NCBI RefSeq assembly: GCF_009914755.1
Contig: NC_060929.1
DNA: 64,000 nucleotides
Strand: one strand, 5' to 3'
From: the human T2T-CHM13v2.0 reference genome, Homo sapiens
A program made the position numbers and the translations under genes. Below are positions 12,261 through 28,842 of the stretch, one piece after another. A model generated the notes under the pieces. That model searched no databases, was not told the DNA's origin, and was given only the letters and a program-made list of their open reading frames with translations. Within the stretch, counting starts at the first letter, position 1. Each line of letters starts with the position of its first letter.

Positions 12261-15200
12261 AACAATGTCAAATTAAGTCTAATATACATATACATTTAGT
12301 ATACAAATAATTGTACACCTGAACATACCCATATGACCAACACCCAGAATCAAGAAGCATAGTATTACCAGAACTACATCGAAGTCCTACCTTCTCAAAG
12401 ACTGGTGGCTGAAATTCCACTGCTGATGTTTGTTCATTTTCAGGCCCCAATAATTACCAAAATTCAGATATCCAAGGTGTAGTAGTATTTCCAGCTATCA
12501 TCAGCTAATGTATAGCTAAGTGTGTGAATGATTTAGGAGCACAGTTAATAAATACAGGGAGAAAGAGCATGGGCCACTGGGGCATTGAGAGACAGAAATT
12601 TACTCAAGGGTTGGAGGATTTTGAGAGAAGCAGTTGGAGTTGATGATCTACACTGCCAAAGACAAACCAGCTGCCTGACTGTTTCACTGAGGACAGGCTC
12701 CTGTGGTAATGAAATAGGGTAATGATATCCCCTTGCCCCCAAGTGTTCTGCTCATTATTTGGATTCAGTGATTTGTTGTAGAACTTGAAGGAGTCAGAAA
12801 TAATAACAGCAGAAATAAAAGTGAGGGTGACACTCCTGAGGCCTTTGAAGTTACAGTAGGTGAGACCTGAGACCTTCAAAGTCAGAGTAGGTAAGACCAA
12901 AGAATTGAAAATCCATTTATGAGTGTTTACCGAACTCATGTTATATCAAGTTCATTCTCTGCCTCAAGATAGATCAAAGTGAAATTCTCTGTGTTGAACT
13001 GCATTTCAGGGAAGATCTTAAATAGCACATTATCTGTAATTTGGTCCACAGGAAGGAGCACCTTGCAGCAAGGCTTGTGTAGATAGCTTTCTTGTTCCTT
13101 TTCTGCAGGGGCCTCTTTCTCTAACCTTAAGATTGAAATTTTACCCCCAACTGTATTTATGCTTTTGGCTACTACTGCCACAATCCTACCTATTTAAATA
13201 GCTATTTGTGTAGAAAAACTCTCTAGTTTTCTTTATAGTCATTAGAAGAACACTCAGATTTATTTTTGATGACTTGAATATCGATTAATATTACTGGTTA
13301 AAGATTTTGAAAAAAGGGTCTTCTTTAGGCTGGCTCTCATGCCAAGAAGAATTGATACATGCCATGGAGTTATGTCAGAATAATTTTTAAGCCCAACTGA
13401 ATAGTGAGAAAAATTTTTCAAACGCAACTGAGTTGCTCCCAGCTCTATCAGACACTATTCAATTGCCCTTGAAGATATAAACAGGCAACTCAATTCCATT
13501 TGATTTCTTCAGAAACAACAGGATGGCTGCTGAGTAACTCAACTGATTCTCTCCTTCTCAGGCAGAGCTCAGTTATATTAAAAAAAATGAAGGACATGTG
13601 CTTAAAGGAATACTTAGTGGATGTCAGTTAACAATTAATCAGATGCCTCTTTGTCCTGCAAAAGTTGGGGTATAGTGATGAAAGGAAATATTTAGGATAC
13701 AGTAGCACTCACATACCATACATTTATTCCTTCATTAAGCAGTCTATGCAATGCCAGGCACTGTGCTAGGGGTTAAGGCTATAGAGATCAGGTAGAAAGA
13801 CTACAGTCATTTATCTCCCCAGCTCTATTCTCCTTTTTCTGGTGACAGTCCCTGATTTGGGGATGGGGAATCCACCCTCCATGCTGAATCTGTACAATCT
13901 AAAGACTTTTATCCCAAAATTTAGGGGTAGAACATGTGATCTTGGCTTAAGCCAATTACTGCATTACATTCTTCTGGCCACAATAATTGATTTAAGAGAT
14001 GCCAGGAAGCCTAAAGTGGTCTAATCAGAGTGAACCTCAGACTTTTAAGAGAGCTTTCCACAATGAATCTTGCTCTTTCTGCTACCTGAAAGAATGCTTG
14101 ATCTTTTTCCCACCTGAAAGTTGTTGGCCAATAAGTTCATTTCACCAGCACAAAGAGAGAGCTCAAAGAAGTTAGGGCTCATGATGGAGCTTAAGCATTA
14201 AGCCACTGCAGCAGAAGGCTCAGCCAAGGGATGGTGAAGAGTGGTTACAGTGAATTATTTGAGCTCGGAATCTAATTGTAGTGGAAGCTAATTCTAAACT
14301 CCTATACCTTACAGCCGCATATCCAACTTTTTGGGTAAGAGATTAGCATGAATTGCTCAGTGGATCTAGACAGAAAAAAAAAAAACCTGAGCTGAGTCTA
14401 TCTTCAATCTGTATTAATTTAGGATCAAGAAAACTGAGGTTGGTAGAAAGAGAGCAATAGAAATATAATAATATTTATGGGGGGAAAAGGAGTGGTTGGA
14501 TTCTTTCCTTCCCTTTATATGCTCTTCATCTTCAGGATGATACTGACTCAACTGAATGAAAAGTGAAAAAAACAGTTAAGATTTCTAAATGTGTGACCAT
14601 AAGTAACCAGTACAGTCCCCGGCTTTTTAGTGAATTGATTTGCTGTCTGAGTGACCTGGCCAAATCAGGGACAAACAGCCTTAGTATAAGCCTTTAGAGT
14701 GTAAAATACATAGAAAGTAACCAACAACTCTGAAAGATCTTAATGTGACACTATGGAATGAAGTGGAGAACCCCCTAGTTTACTCAAAATGCATGGTCTT
14801 CTGTGAAATACAAATTGAAGCAGAAGAGTGGAGGGCTTGGTTACTGAGAACAGCCTGGATAGACAGTGGGTAGTGGCTGACTCTGAGATGCAATTTGAGG
14901 GACACAAAGAAAGTCGCTTCTCTGACCTCATGATTTTGTTGGGAATTTGGGTCCGTTTAATATAACAGGAGAAATGTACTGCCTAATAACAATCTAAGAG
15001 GAGGCATGAAATCACATAGCCACGTCATATGGCTTCAAATGCTGCTAGATCATGTATGTGGCAATGACAGCTGCTATCCCATGTATATAAATTTTAACAT
15101 TGTCATCATCACTTTCATCATGATGGCAAATATGAGAAAAATGCGGCATGGGCACTCAACTTCTAGCTCTCTATCTGGTATGCTTTCCTCTTCTTCAGAG

Positions 15201-16910
15201 GCTGGAGAGCTAAAAGAAGCATTTGCTAAACACCCTTACAGCTAGAGTTCTTGATGACATTAGGTTTCTTTAACTAGATCCACCCAAAGGAGATTTGAAA
15301 GGAAAAAGTGAGGCATTGGACATCTTTCTACTGTTTTTGCAATATTTTTCTGGCAAGCACACTTGTGAAGGTGCTCCACAGCACCTTCTGTGGAGGATTT
15401 TCTGTAGCAGGATTCCAGTGTCCAGTCACTGGCTTCATGGGCATCAAGAGGTGAGGTGTGGAGCACTTTTTTTTTTTTTTTTTGCCAGTGCACATCTACA
15501 CATCTAGCAGGCATGGGTGTAATCTTGGAGCTTCCAGTTGCAGCATCAGTAATGTCCTGATCTCTGGATCACAGCAAGGATACCACTGGGAAGTCAGCAA
15601 TTCTAGCAGGAATCTTATGAGTATCTACTTTCCTGCCTGAGGGCAAGGTAGCAGTTCCCCCTGATGACCAGTTGCATAGGGTTGTTCTTGGAGGCCCAAT
15701 CTAGCTCCCTATTCTAGCCTTTCTCATGAATTTGCAAGTACCCATGACTCTCTACTAAATCTGCTTTCACTTAAGGTAACTAGAGTGCTTTGTATTTTCT
15801 GCCAGCGAATGCTGATTGACACAATCACCATGATCCAAAAGATACACATTGAAAAGGTAGAAAATAGTGGGCAGGGGGTGGGAGGAAGAGAATACACAAA
15901 GTGACTGAGTTTTGTGCCCAAACTTAGTAGACTGAGGAGAAATAATTAAAATCAGGAAATCTTCAAGCAAAGAAGAAAAATGAAGTTAGATCCTAACCTT
16001 ACAGCATACACAGAAATTAACTCAAAAATCTATCAAAGACATTAATGTAAGACTAAAACTATAAAACTGTTAGAGGAAAACAGAGGGGTAAAATGTCACA
16101 ATATTTAATTTGGCAATGATTTTTTCTTGGATATGACACCAAAGAAAGGCAATAATAGAAAAACTAGGTAAGTTGGACTTCATCAAAATTTAAAACTTGT
16201 GCATCAAAGGACAATGCCAACAGACTGAAAAGGCAACCCAGAGGCTGGGAGAAAATATCTTCAAGTCATATATGCGATAGGGTTTAATATCTATCATATG
16301 TATTTTTAAAACTCCTACAATTCAACAACAACAAAAAAATAAACAACCTGATTCAGAAATGAGTAAGGAACTTGAATAGACATTTCTTCAAAGAAGATAT
16401 ACAACTGTCCAATAAGCACATGAAAAGATGCTCCATGTCACTAGTTCATTGAGGAAATGCAATTTAAACCAGAAGGAAATATCACTTCACACACATTATG
16501 ATGACTATTATAAAAAGCCATCCTAATCAGAATAAATTTGATTATTTGAAATCAAATAATCAGAAAATAACAAGTGTTGGTGAGGCTATGGAGAAATTGG
16601 AACACTTGTGTACTATTGGTGAGAATGTGAAGTGGTTCAGCCCCTGTGGAAAATGACATGGTGGTTCCTCAAAAAATTAAAAATAGAAATCACGATATGA
16701 TCCAGCAATTCCACTTCTGGGTATATATCCAAAATAAATGAAAGCAGGGTCTTGAACACATATTTGTATGCCCATGTTCATTGCAACATTATTCAAAATA
16801 GCTAAATGGTGGAAGCAATTCAAGGATTCTTCAGGGGATAAATGTATAAACAAACTGTGATATATACATGCTATGGAATATTACTCAGCCTTAAAAAGAA
16901 AGGAGATTCT

Positions 16911-17208
16911 GGCCGGGTGCGGTGGCTCATGCCTGTAATCCCAGCACTTTGGGAGGCCAAGGTGGGTGGATCATGAGGTCAGAAGATTGAGACCATCCTG
17001 GCCAACATGGTGAAACCCCATCTCTACTAAAAATACAAAAGTTAGCTGGGCGTGGTGGCACACACCTGTAGTCCCAGCTTATCAGGAGACTGAGGCAGAC
17101 TGAGAATCACTTGAACCCAGGAGGCAGAGGTTGCAGTGTGCCAAGATCATGCCACCGCACTCCAGCCTGGGGACAGAGTGAGACTCCATCTCAAAAAAAA
17201 AAAAAAAA
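16911..17208 (+). mobile_element. AluS (Sc-like)
   Basis: Full Alu with poly(A); diagnostic ggatcatgaggtc..gagaccatcctggccaacatgg. Confidence 0.93.
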
Positions 17209-18120
17209 AGGCAAATTCTAACTTGTGCTATAACATGGATGAATCCTAAAGACATACTAGGTCAAATAAGCCAGGATAAATTACATGCTTCCACTTTTAT
17301 GAGATATCTGGAGAAGTCAAATTCATAGAGGCAGAAAGTAGAATGGAGTGTGAACCCCGAATATCTGAGACAGGTCTCAGTTAATTTAGAAAGTTTATTT
17401 TGCCAAGGTTGAGGACGCACTCCCATGACACAGCCTTAGGAGGAGGTCCTGACGACACATGCCCAAGGTAGTCAGAGCACCGTGGTTTTATACATTTTAA
17501 AGAGACATGAGACATCAATCAACATATGTAAGATGAACATTGGTTTGGTCCAGGAAGGCGGGACCACTGGAAGCAAAGGTGGGAAAACTTGAAGCAGGGA
17601 GGAGGCTTCTAGGTCATAGGTAGATAAGAGATGAATGCTTGCATTCTTTTGAGTTTCTGATTAGCCTCTCCAAAGAAGGCAATCAGATATGCATTTATCT
17701 CAGTGAGCAAGGGGTGACTGAATAGAATGCAAGGCAGGTTTGCCCTGAGCAGTTCCCAGCTTGACTTTTCCCTTTAGCTTAATGATTTTTGGGGCCCCAA
17801 TATTTATTTTCCTTGCACATTTCCCCCCGTTTTCTTTTTAAAAATCTTTTGGAGAAAGCATTTTAGAAGAAAATGAGTCTCTGGTCTCAGGTTTAGTCTG
17901 ATCCCTCTTGGCTAGAATGGTTTATTCCTAAACAGTAGGTCCTGAGTTATAATGAAACTTCATTTTTAGCAGGTTGTGAAGTCTCATGTCCTATGAAGAG
18001 AAAATAGGGGGAGGAAGGGAGAAGAAGAAGAACAACAGACAAAAGAACAATCCTGGAAAATCAATAGGCCACATTACTCTGAAATCCATACATCAGCAGG
18101 AAGGTATGAAAATTGCAGTT

Positions 18121-18424
<304 letters not shown>

Positions 18425-20851
18425 ACAGGGTCCTGTTATTTTCTTCTGAAGTTTGTGTTGTCTAGCTTCAGTTCCCAGAGCTTTACAAAAGCACAGCTTA
18501 GTTTTCAGTGACTCCAAATTAGGAAAAAGGGAGGAAAAAGAAGGAAAAAAATTGAAAACATTATTTTGAAGCCTTGTAGCAAAAAAAATTAGAATTTGGT
18601 CCAAACAGTAGAAAATAATAAAAATGGAAAAACATTAAGCAGGACTAGAATCTAATTTTTCTCTCTCCAGTTTACCATTTTTATTAAAAACAAATCATGG
18701 TAGGACTGATTTGCTTTATTATACTTGGCCTGATTATTTATATATGGTGTAGAAAGACTAATTATTTTTTACATAGGCTTTTAAATTGGCTTGATGGAAC
18801 TTTGTTCCATAGAAGGAATCTCAGACAAGACTTTTTTAAAGCTGAGCCCAGCCATGGATTTTTACCATCAAATACCTGCGAGTTGGGTGAATTCCTCTCC
18901 TCTTGAGGTTCCAAGATAAACATGGGGGCTCCTGGGCCTGTCAGAAAGTGGCATTCTTTACTTACCACAGGTCAGGAATCCTGTACAGGGACTGTATAGA
19001 CAAGGTATGAGGCCGGTTTTCCCAAGGGGCTTTTATTGGCTCCATAAATCAAGTTTGATTCCTTAAAGGAAAGCACACCATTCCAGTCAAAGCCTTGGTA
19101 AATAACCAGTTTCTCCAATTGTGCCCTGTTATAAAGGAAAACAGATTCTTATCGCACTTACGCAAATAACTGTATTGCCGTAAATTAAGAATAGCCACAA
19201 ATAGTTTCCAAATTCTAGAGAAATCAGGTACAAAGGAACAAATATGTTCATGTTCTAAGTTTTGTTCACAGTATACTGAATTGTTAAAAGCTGTTAAGAG
19301 CTCAAAAGAGAAGTTTCCTTGACTCTGAAAAAACAAAACAGAGGATCAGCAACGTTTTAAGCAAAAAGTCAAAAAGGTTACTTCAGTCTTCTACTAGTTC
19401 AGTCCATGTAGTTAATTCCTGTTCTGCTTGATAATCATGAATATTTTAGTTCTCCATGAGCCCTGAAAGTTTTTCTTTTATTCTGATGTCATAATCTACA
19501 AAATTATCAAAAACTTGTATTCAAGAGCACCTGTTAGAGTTTTACAGCTGATTATAAAACGACCTTCTAAAGAGGACCAAAACAAGATAACAATTGTCTG
19601 TGAATGACAAAAACTTTTAGGGCAGCCATAATCAAAGACACAATTGAGAAGTAAATTTGTTACCTCAGTGGCACACAATAATTTAACATAACAATTATAA
19701 TTATTTCTGATAATGTACATTAAGTCATATCAGAATTATAGGAGTTTGCCATAATTTCAGAATGCATACAAATAACATATTTATATAAATACAGCTCAAA
19801 GAAAACAAACACCACTTCATATTTGACAACATTTCTTGTATAATTTTTATACCAAAGAAGCCAAATGATATCATTTTTGAACTCTAGGAAACCTAATATC
19901 TTAAAGGATTAAGTCTGTCAGAAAAAGACAGAATTGATAATTTGATTTTGTAAAGTTTGTCAAATATCAAAGGTTTAAAACAGTTGATATCACAGGTCAT
20001 TGTAAAATAAGTCATTCATTTGAACAAAGTAATAATGCAAGGATTTCAAAAAAAGGGTGAAAACCTTAATTCTTTGAGAGAGGAGACTTAATTTTCCAAA
20101 CAATAAGCCCTAATAAAATAGCATGAATCCAAATTAAATTTGTTTTTCAAAAATTTATAAACAATGTATAAAATTTTAATCTTGATCATAAGATATAACT
20201 TCCATAAGCCTTTTATAACCATTATACACTTGATTAAGGGGTTGGTTAATGCTTCAAGGAAACCTTGTTAATCTGACACAGGGTTCCATATGCTGGTCTT
20301 GCATCAGTGTGCCTTTGATATTAATGATTAATTTATGGAGAAACAGAACTTATTTTATCTCTCAAAATTGGCCCTTACAATTGCACATGCCCACCTCTTC
20401 CATGATAGTCTCTGGGCCTTGTGGAGTTGAATAGCTTTAATTTCTGGCCCTGTGTCTTAGGAATGCAGTTTATTTTGATTGGCATCTTCTACCAGGCCTG
20501 AAGATGAGGCTTTAATTGCTGTCAGTGTTTAAAATTTAGCAGGACTTGGTGTCCTTTTTAGATCCAGGAGTCAAAACCCTGTAACTCAGTGTCAAAAGTA
20601 CTTTAAAAGTACATATAGAAAGATATACAGATGTAATAACCTTAACTACAAAATTTTTTTTTAATCTCAGTTTTTTTCCTAAGCAAACCAAAACTTAGTA
20701 ATAATGGCATAGGAATTGTTTCGATAAACCATAAAATCTGTTTGTTACCAAAAGGCAAAGGAAAAGATCTTCTGGACTGCACAGAATATTATGTTGGAAG
20801 AAAACACTGCCTTTAGACCTTTAAGAAAACATTGTTAGCATTAGGTCACTA

Positions 20852-21259
<408 letters not shown>

Positions 21260-21738
21260 TTAACTTTGGGTTAAAAAAATTAAAATCTCATATAATTTAT
21301 TAAGAATAAGTCAATCCCTTAAGAAAATTTCATTGTTCTAACCAATTATTTAGTGTTTAAGTGTTTTTTTACATCAAGCCCAATCTCTAGAAAGACCATT
21401 GTAATTTCCCTTTAGTTATAGACAACATGATCTTGTAAAAGTTTTTTAAATAAATCTTCTTATTGTGACTTACACAGGCCATACATGATATGCTTGGACT
21501 TTCTAGTTTGTCCTGAACATCCATCTTCCTTAAACAACCAGTCATTTTATTTTTTATTCTAGGACTAAATTTACCATACAAGATTCTTTCTCCGTAAAGT
21601 TATTTCTCTTAAGCTTTCTTACAAAAAACAAAAAAACCACAAAAAACCTTTATTTTTGTAACTTTCTTTACATCTGTCTTATTTCCTGGTTCCTTTTACC
21701 TTATTTTGTACATAACCCTTAAATAAGCTTTGAATTAG

Positions 21739-22141
<403 letters not shown>

Positions 22142-22294
22142 TGAAATATCTATTAATTTAATATAAGTTTAGATTCTAAATTATGATGAGTTTGTCTACA
22201 GGTATTTATCCAATTACATTTACCCAATTATTTTATTTTTATCATTTACCTAGATTATTTATGAAAACTGTGATTGTCATTATATAAAGTTATG

Positions 22295-22530
22295 GAACCA
22301 CCACTGCAAAATTATAACTGAGACAATGAAAAAGATCTGACCTAACTGACTCCATCTTGCTTTTAACCTCCGAACTGTCCTTGTTCATTCCTGGGTGTAG
22401 GCCGAACTAACTTTGGGGGGAACTTAGTTTGTACTTTAGCTTTGAAACAAAGACAATAACAGTTCTTTCCCAAAACAAATGTTACTGCCTGTGGACTAGA
22501 CTGCCTAAAGCCACAAGATTAGAAGTTGTG
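22295..22530 (+). mobile_element. LTR8-like 5' segment embedded in opposite orientation in the MER4 internal region
   Basis: gcaaaattataactgag...gatctgacctaactgactccatcttgc is the reverse complement of the LTR8 end at ~44150-44275. Confidence 0.7.
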
Positions 22531-23269
22531 GTGATCTTACTAAATTCAAGATATAGCTATTTTCATTAAACCAATATCAATGTCTTATTTATTAAAAATT
22601 ACACAAGCAAAGATCATCCTGTCTTGGGCTTGGTTTATAGTTTTTTAAACCCTATACCAAATTTTGACACCTTACAGTATTTGGCAGGGATAAGTATGAA
22701 GCTGCTTAAGTAATAAATGCAAACAAGAATATATGCTGGCAATTCTTAAGACATTTCTAATATTATTATACTTTACCAATAATTTTTAAAATAGCTTATT
22801 AAAAATTTTATTTGTTACATAAACTTGAAAAAGCATTTGACTACCTTTTCTTTTTTCCTTATAAAAATTAGAGCTCTTTTATATATTTTCAGTAGTGAAA
22901 TATTGGGTACACAACACATAAACACATAGATGTATTAGGCATGCCGATAGAAGTACATCTTATAGATTCATAAAAACCTTTTTCCCCATCTTATACTTTC
23001 AAATTCTTGATAACCTGTTTCAATAGGTAAACTGTATCAACTCTTGCTGTTTCAATAGGTAACCTGTATCAACTCTTGATAACCCTAGGCAGTCATCAGC
23101 TAAATAGTTTTAAATTTGCATATTAAAGGAAACAACTCAGGTGAAAATAAAATAGTAAAACTTACATCACAAGGTACGGAGAGAAAAAGTCTGGTGTGCT
23201 AGAGAGAAATGAAAATGGATTTAATTGCCAATTAAACATAAAATTACATACATTATAAAGGCCTTTTAA

Positions 23270-23271
<2 letters not shown>

Positions 23272-23300
<29 letters not shown>
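23272..23300. repeat. (CA)n microsatellite
   Basis: Read directly. Confidence 0.95.
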
Positions 23301-23303
<3 letters not shown>

Positions 23304-25220
23304 CCTATAGCTTTTACAGAACTTTAACCATGAGATAAATACAAATTCACTGGCTTGCAAACAAAAAACCTATTGGATCCAAACTGTGATTTTTTTTTAT
23401 CATAATAGAAAAATAACAGCAGATTTAAAGCAGGCAGAAAATAAAATAGAGAAAAAGGAGAACTTAGGAACTCTATAGTTTGCAGGTCTACTTTAGGGCT
23501 CTTTTTCTTTAATGTAAATGTGCACAAAGACGATATTACTTCCATTTTACATTAACTCTGGCAAGTAGAGGTGCCATAAAACCTACAGAGTGCTCGCAAG
23601 AGGGTCATTCTTCTTGTTTTCTCCTCATTCTTAGGTTATTTGTTTCACACTTTTTTTTTTCTTAAGAGAAGGAACTGAGCTGTAGCCTAGGGTTTTTGTG
23701 TGGTGGATTGATGTGTGCTGCTTGTAGACAGGACTCCACAGTGTGTCACCAGTGAGTTGTTTCCGTCCTGTTATGTATCTCAGTTTCTCTCTCTAGAGGT
23801 CTATGACCTCTGAGAGGGCTCCAAACACCAGGTGATCAGCCCTTATATGCATTTCCTAGATGAGGCTTTTTTTTAAAAGTTTTTTTTTTGTTGGGGATTA
23901 CCCTTCAGGGCTGCTGCATGTTGCAGGGGGTCAACCCCATAGACACTCCCATGAGGACCCTGATCACCCAGGGGTGCCTTTCAGCTGGGAGGAGGAAAAT
24001 GCCCTTTCTCTTCAGAGCTGAGAAAACTCAGTCTCTCATTTACCTATGGAAACAACAGTTCAGTTCCTCATGCAAATGTGCACAGATAAGCTGAACTGAG
24101 ATTAATTTTGGGACAAAAAGCAAATAGAGAAGACCCTTTAGAATGCATCTTCAAACTAGAATTAGGATCTTTAAACAATAACTTCATAGGAGGAAAAAAA
24201 AAACAACAGCCAAGACTACTTCCTGTAAACTGTGCTCAGCCACCGCTACTTTGTAGCTCTCATTCACCATTACACATGCCAAGGTCAAATCCTCTCACAG
24301 TACAAGGTAATCTCTGGTATCCCCAAAGCCAAAGAGGTCAGGTCATGCAATACAGGAAAACAGAGCTTTAGACCCAAGAAGAATCTGCCCATGACTCTTG
24401 AAACTCCACAAAGGAAATGGAACACCCCAAAAGGGGTGAGTGGCACCTTTGTTCTGAATTCTTTAAAGAAGTTCAAGTCATTAGAAGCCTTCTCTAGATT
24501 TTTTGGTACTGTAGATGGCAAAAGGGGGTAGGACATATAAGGTGGAAGAAAATAAGCGAAAGAACACTTTTTTTTTGAAGACAGGAAGGCAAACACAGAA
24601 ACCAAGTGCATGTTTTTTGGGGTTTTTTGGGTCTCCCCCTTTGCAGCTGGGAGGAATTTTAGCCAAATTAGAGAGGCTTTGTTAAACTGTAATTTGGAAT
24701 TCTCACTTGGATTTGACCAAGTCAGGTAGAGTTGGTCAAATCTGTTGAGAGAAAGACCAGAACAAACAGCAACAAAACCCCCCAACAATATGATCACTGA
24801 ACGCTCTAATGGTAAGGAGAAATTAAGACCAGTTGGTTGTTAAACTTTAGCCAAGATAAAACCCCAATTCTGCTACTTACCTATGGATGGGTCTCAGGCT
24901 GAAGACTGCCCTCTACCATCCTAGAAGCAGGGAAAAAACTCAAACTTGTCCTCTCTACTGAGAGCGAGCTCAAACTCCATAAAGAAGTTACCTGCCTTCC
25001 GTCGTCGTGGAAACCAGAAATCTTGCCTTCCTTGTTGGAAGCAAGTAAAACTTAAAAAAAAAAAAAAATGGGGTTGGGGGAGTTGTACAGCAAAATAAAC
25101 TTTAGATCTTGACCAAAATTTGGGAGATCGGGGTTCTCTGGAGGGTGTGCTCCCAGATCTCAGCAAATTGTCCATAAAGTTAGCTCATGCTGGTACCAAA
25201 CACCAATAGGAGATTTGTCA

Positions 25221-25240
25221 GAATCCCTTCATGGTTACCA
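25221..25240 (-). other. Retroviral primer-binding site, tRNA-Arg type
   Basis: Minus strand TGGTAACCATGAAGGGATTC, 4 nt from the 5' LTR; matches the tRNA-Arg PBS TGGCGACCACGAAGGGAC with mostly CpG-decay changes. Confidence 0.75.
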
Positions 25241-25532
25241 AAAATGTGAACCCTGAGTATCTGAGACAGGTCTCAATTAATTTAGAAAGTTTATTTTGCC
25301 AAGGTTGAGGACACATGCCTGTGACACAGCCTCAGGAAGTCCTGATGACATGTGCCTAAGATGGTCAGAGCACAGTTTGGTTTTATACATTTTGGGGAGA
25401 CATGAGACATCAATCAACATATGTAAGATGAACATTGGTTTGGTCCAGAAAGGCAGGACCACTCAAAGCTAAGGCAGGATGATTTGAAGCAGGGAGAGGA
25501 CTTCCAGGTCATGGGTAGATAGGATAAGATGA

Positions 25533-25877
<345 letters not shown>

Positions 25878-28532
25878 GTATCTCAGCTGAGCAAGGGGTG
25901 ACTTTGAATAGAATGAGAGGCAGGTTTGCCCTGAGCAGTTCCCAGCTTGACTTTTCCCTTTAGCTTAGTGATTTTGGGGCCCCAAGATTGATTTTCCTTT
26001 CACAGGTGGTTGTTGAGTGGGGAGCAGATGGGAAGTAATTGTTTAATAGGTACAAAGTTTTAGTTGGAGAAGATGAAAAAGTTTTGGAGATGAATGGTGG
26101 TGATGGTTTCATGACAATGTGAATGCACTGAATGTCACAGAACTGTTCCCTTAAATGGTTAAAATGGTAAATTACAGTTATGTATATTTTACCATCATTT
26201 CCAAAAAAAAAGAGGAAAAATCTAGGCGATAGGTTTTCATCAGGAAATACTAAAAGAGACCTTGGTAGGATGTGGAGAAAGAAAAACTTAAGAGGCAAAA
26301 TACAAAATAATGGGAGAGAAGTTCTTGGGTAGCTTGGAGAACAGATTTCATTATTTGAGAGTCACCTATCTCTAAACTTTTAGAAGAGCAATACATAAAT
26401 ATATTTCAGTTAGTATTATTATATTTCCAATGAGAAGTAATATACATTTGTATAATGTTGATGTGTGTTACACTCAAGACAGAATTTCATGGATCCCATA
26501 TGTCCATGTTTAGATCTCAGACTTAATTCCCCAGTAGGACATTTTAATCTATTTACAATGTAAAATAATAACGATAATAATATAATTTGAGAATTGGCAT
26601 GGAGTAAATTGTCCAGGTTAACTTGTAATAGTACACCATGTATTTGCTGTAACTCTTCTATGTGACATCATAGTGAAGATTTGATTCAATTATGGAAGAT
26701 AATCTGTTGGGAAGAAGTGCCAATGATGTTTTTAAAAGAATCTGTGAGTCCTGGAATACTTTGATTTCAAAGTAATTAATTCCAAGGGGAAACTTTCTGA
26801 GATGAAATAATGAGGTTATTTGGCTATGAGAGCTTTCGTAGTCATGAGGAAAAAAGGAAGCACAATTCTTTTGTTAAATTAGCACTGCATCACAAAAAAG
26901 AGCTAAAAAATGACTGATTGCAAGTATAATGTAGGGAATAGAAGCATCTGGTTCAGGCATAAATAACGAGGCTCTTCAACATACGGCACTAATTTGCGTT
27001 TAAGCCTCTGTAATCTCACCTTTTCAAATTGCTATGCCTTTCTCAAGATGGGCTACTCTGGGTATCAATGTGGAGCAGATAGCACAGGGGAGAGCAAATG
27101 TCTGCCTGGCCTGTTTCTGTGAGGAAGAGGTGTTCAGTATTAAGAAAGGGCTTGTGGCAAGTGTGTGTCTCTGGCTCCAATTCAGCCACAGTGACAGCTG
27201 AAACCGGAAAATGAATGGCATTAAGTCCAGTCAGAAGGCTTTAAAGGTTTAAATTCTCCTCATTTCTAATGCAAAACTGAAAACCTAGCTTTGGCAAAGC
27301 ACAAAAAGATAACTTCTTTTTTTTTTAAGTCCTGCATCTCCATACCAAAGAGAGTTAGATTACATTTAGAGTCTAACTTTAACAAAACTAGAGAGGACTA
27401 AACAGCCCCTTCAAAGTTGGTGGCATCGAATGGACCTTCCTTTTCTTGTCTCTTGAAGAAGAGTTGCAGCAACATTCCTTCCGACTGCGGTGTGTCTGCC
27501 TTCAGGCTTTCTTAACCTCCAGGCAGCCACGCAAACCCTGGACACTGGGCCTCTGAACTCTGCTTCTAACAACTCACAGAGTAAGAAACTGGGAAAAAAT
27601 ACATTTGCAGAGAGGGCTGTAGATGCCCAGTATTTCTGAGATCATATAGGGTAATGTTTCCTTTGGATTTAACTATTGAGAAAAATGTCTCTTTGGGAGA
27701 CATTTCTCCTTGGGTAATGCCACATTTAGGCCTAGCTTCCCTCGATTTTCTGAGGAAAGGGTTCTAACCCATGGCAGGGTCCAGCCTGCTTCACTCTCAA
27801 CCTGACCCTGACTCAAGGCAGCTCGGTTACTCAGCCAGCTGCAGCCATGATCTTTGGCATCATAATGCAGGTTATGTCCTTTTTCTAATCTTTGGGAACA
27901 AGTCCTGTTCTTATAAACAGCCATCCTGTCTTCTCATGGGAGAAACTGCACAAATTTTCATGACCCTTTCTCATAAATCTAATTTTTAAATTGATTTTTT
28001 GGTAAAATAAAACAGTATCAAAAAAAGTTGTTCTCTGAGCTGACTGGTTGCCTGTCTCCCTCTGGTCCGCCCCCTACCACTCCTGAGCAGGAGTCTCACA
28101 CAAAGTCCCAAGTGCCCAGGGCTAAGAATGAAGATTTACCAGCTCTAAACATTTTCATATAGATTATCTCTAATGGTTAAGATAAATATTTGTCTTTTCA
28201 TTTTTTTACTTCATTGCCGACACACTTGAATTTTCCTGACAGTAGAATGCTGAGTCTTATCTCTTATCTCTTTGTTGGGGTAGTAGATTTTATTTCATGT
28301 TCTGCTCCACAGAAACACAAGCAACTGATTTTGTAGAATTTTTCTCCCTCAGAAATGACTCATGTAACTGAGGATTTTGAGGCCACGTAGACATAGCATA
28401 TGCTTTCTCCACTTTTCTAATACTTGAAAAACCTCATATTGGCGTCTGATATATTTGTAATTACTGATTTTAGCTCAGATTTTCAAACTATAAAGCTCTT
28501 GTTATATTCTAAAGTTATCTCTCAAAGATTTA

Positions 28533-28842
<310 letters not shown>

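Noticed and set aside
23015-23078. 32-bp tandem duplication, and similar short repeats at 11378-11436, 12146-12190, 60064-60111 and 62845-62880
   Set aside because: Ordinary slippage-type duplications with no further structure.
24285-24797. 170-aa ORF in the provirus as gag or env
   Set aside because: No retroviral protein motifs; low-complexity leader region of MER4-int.
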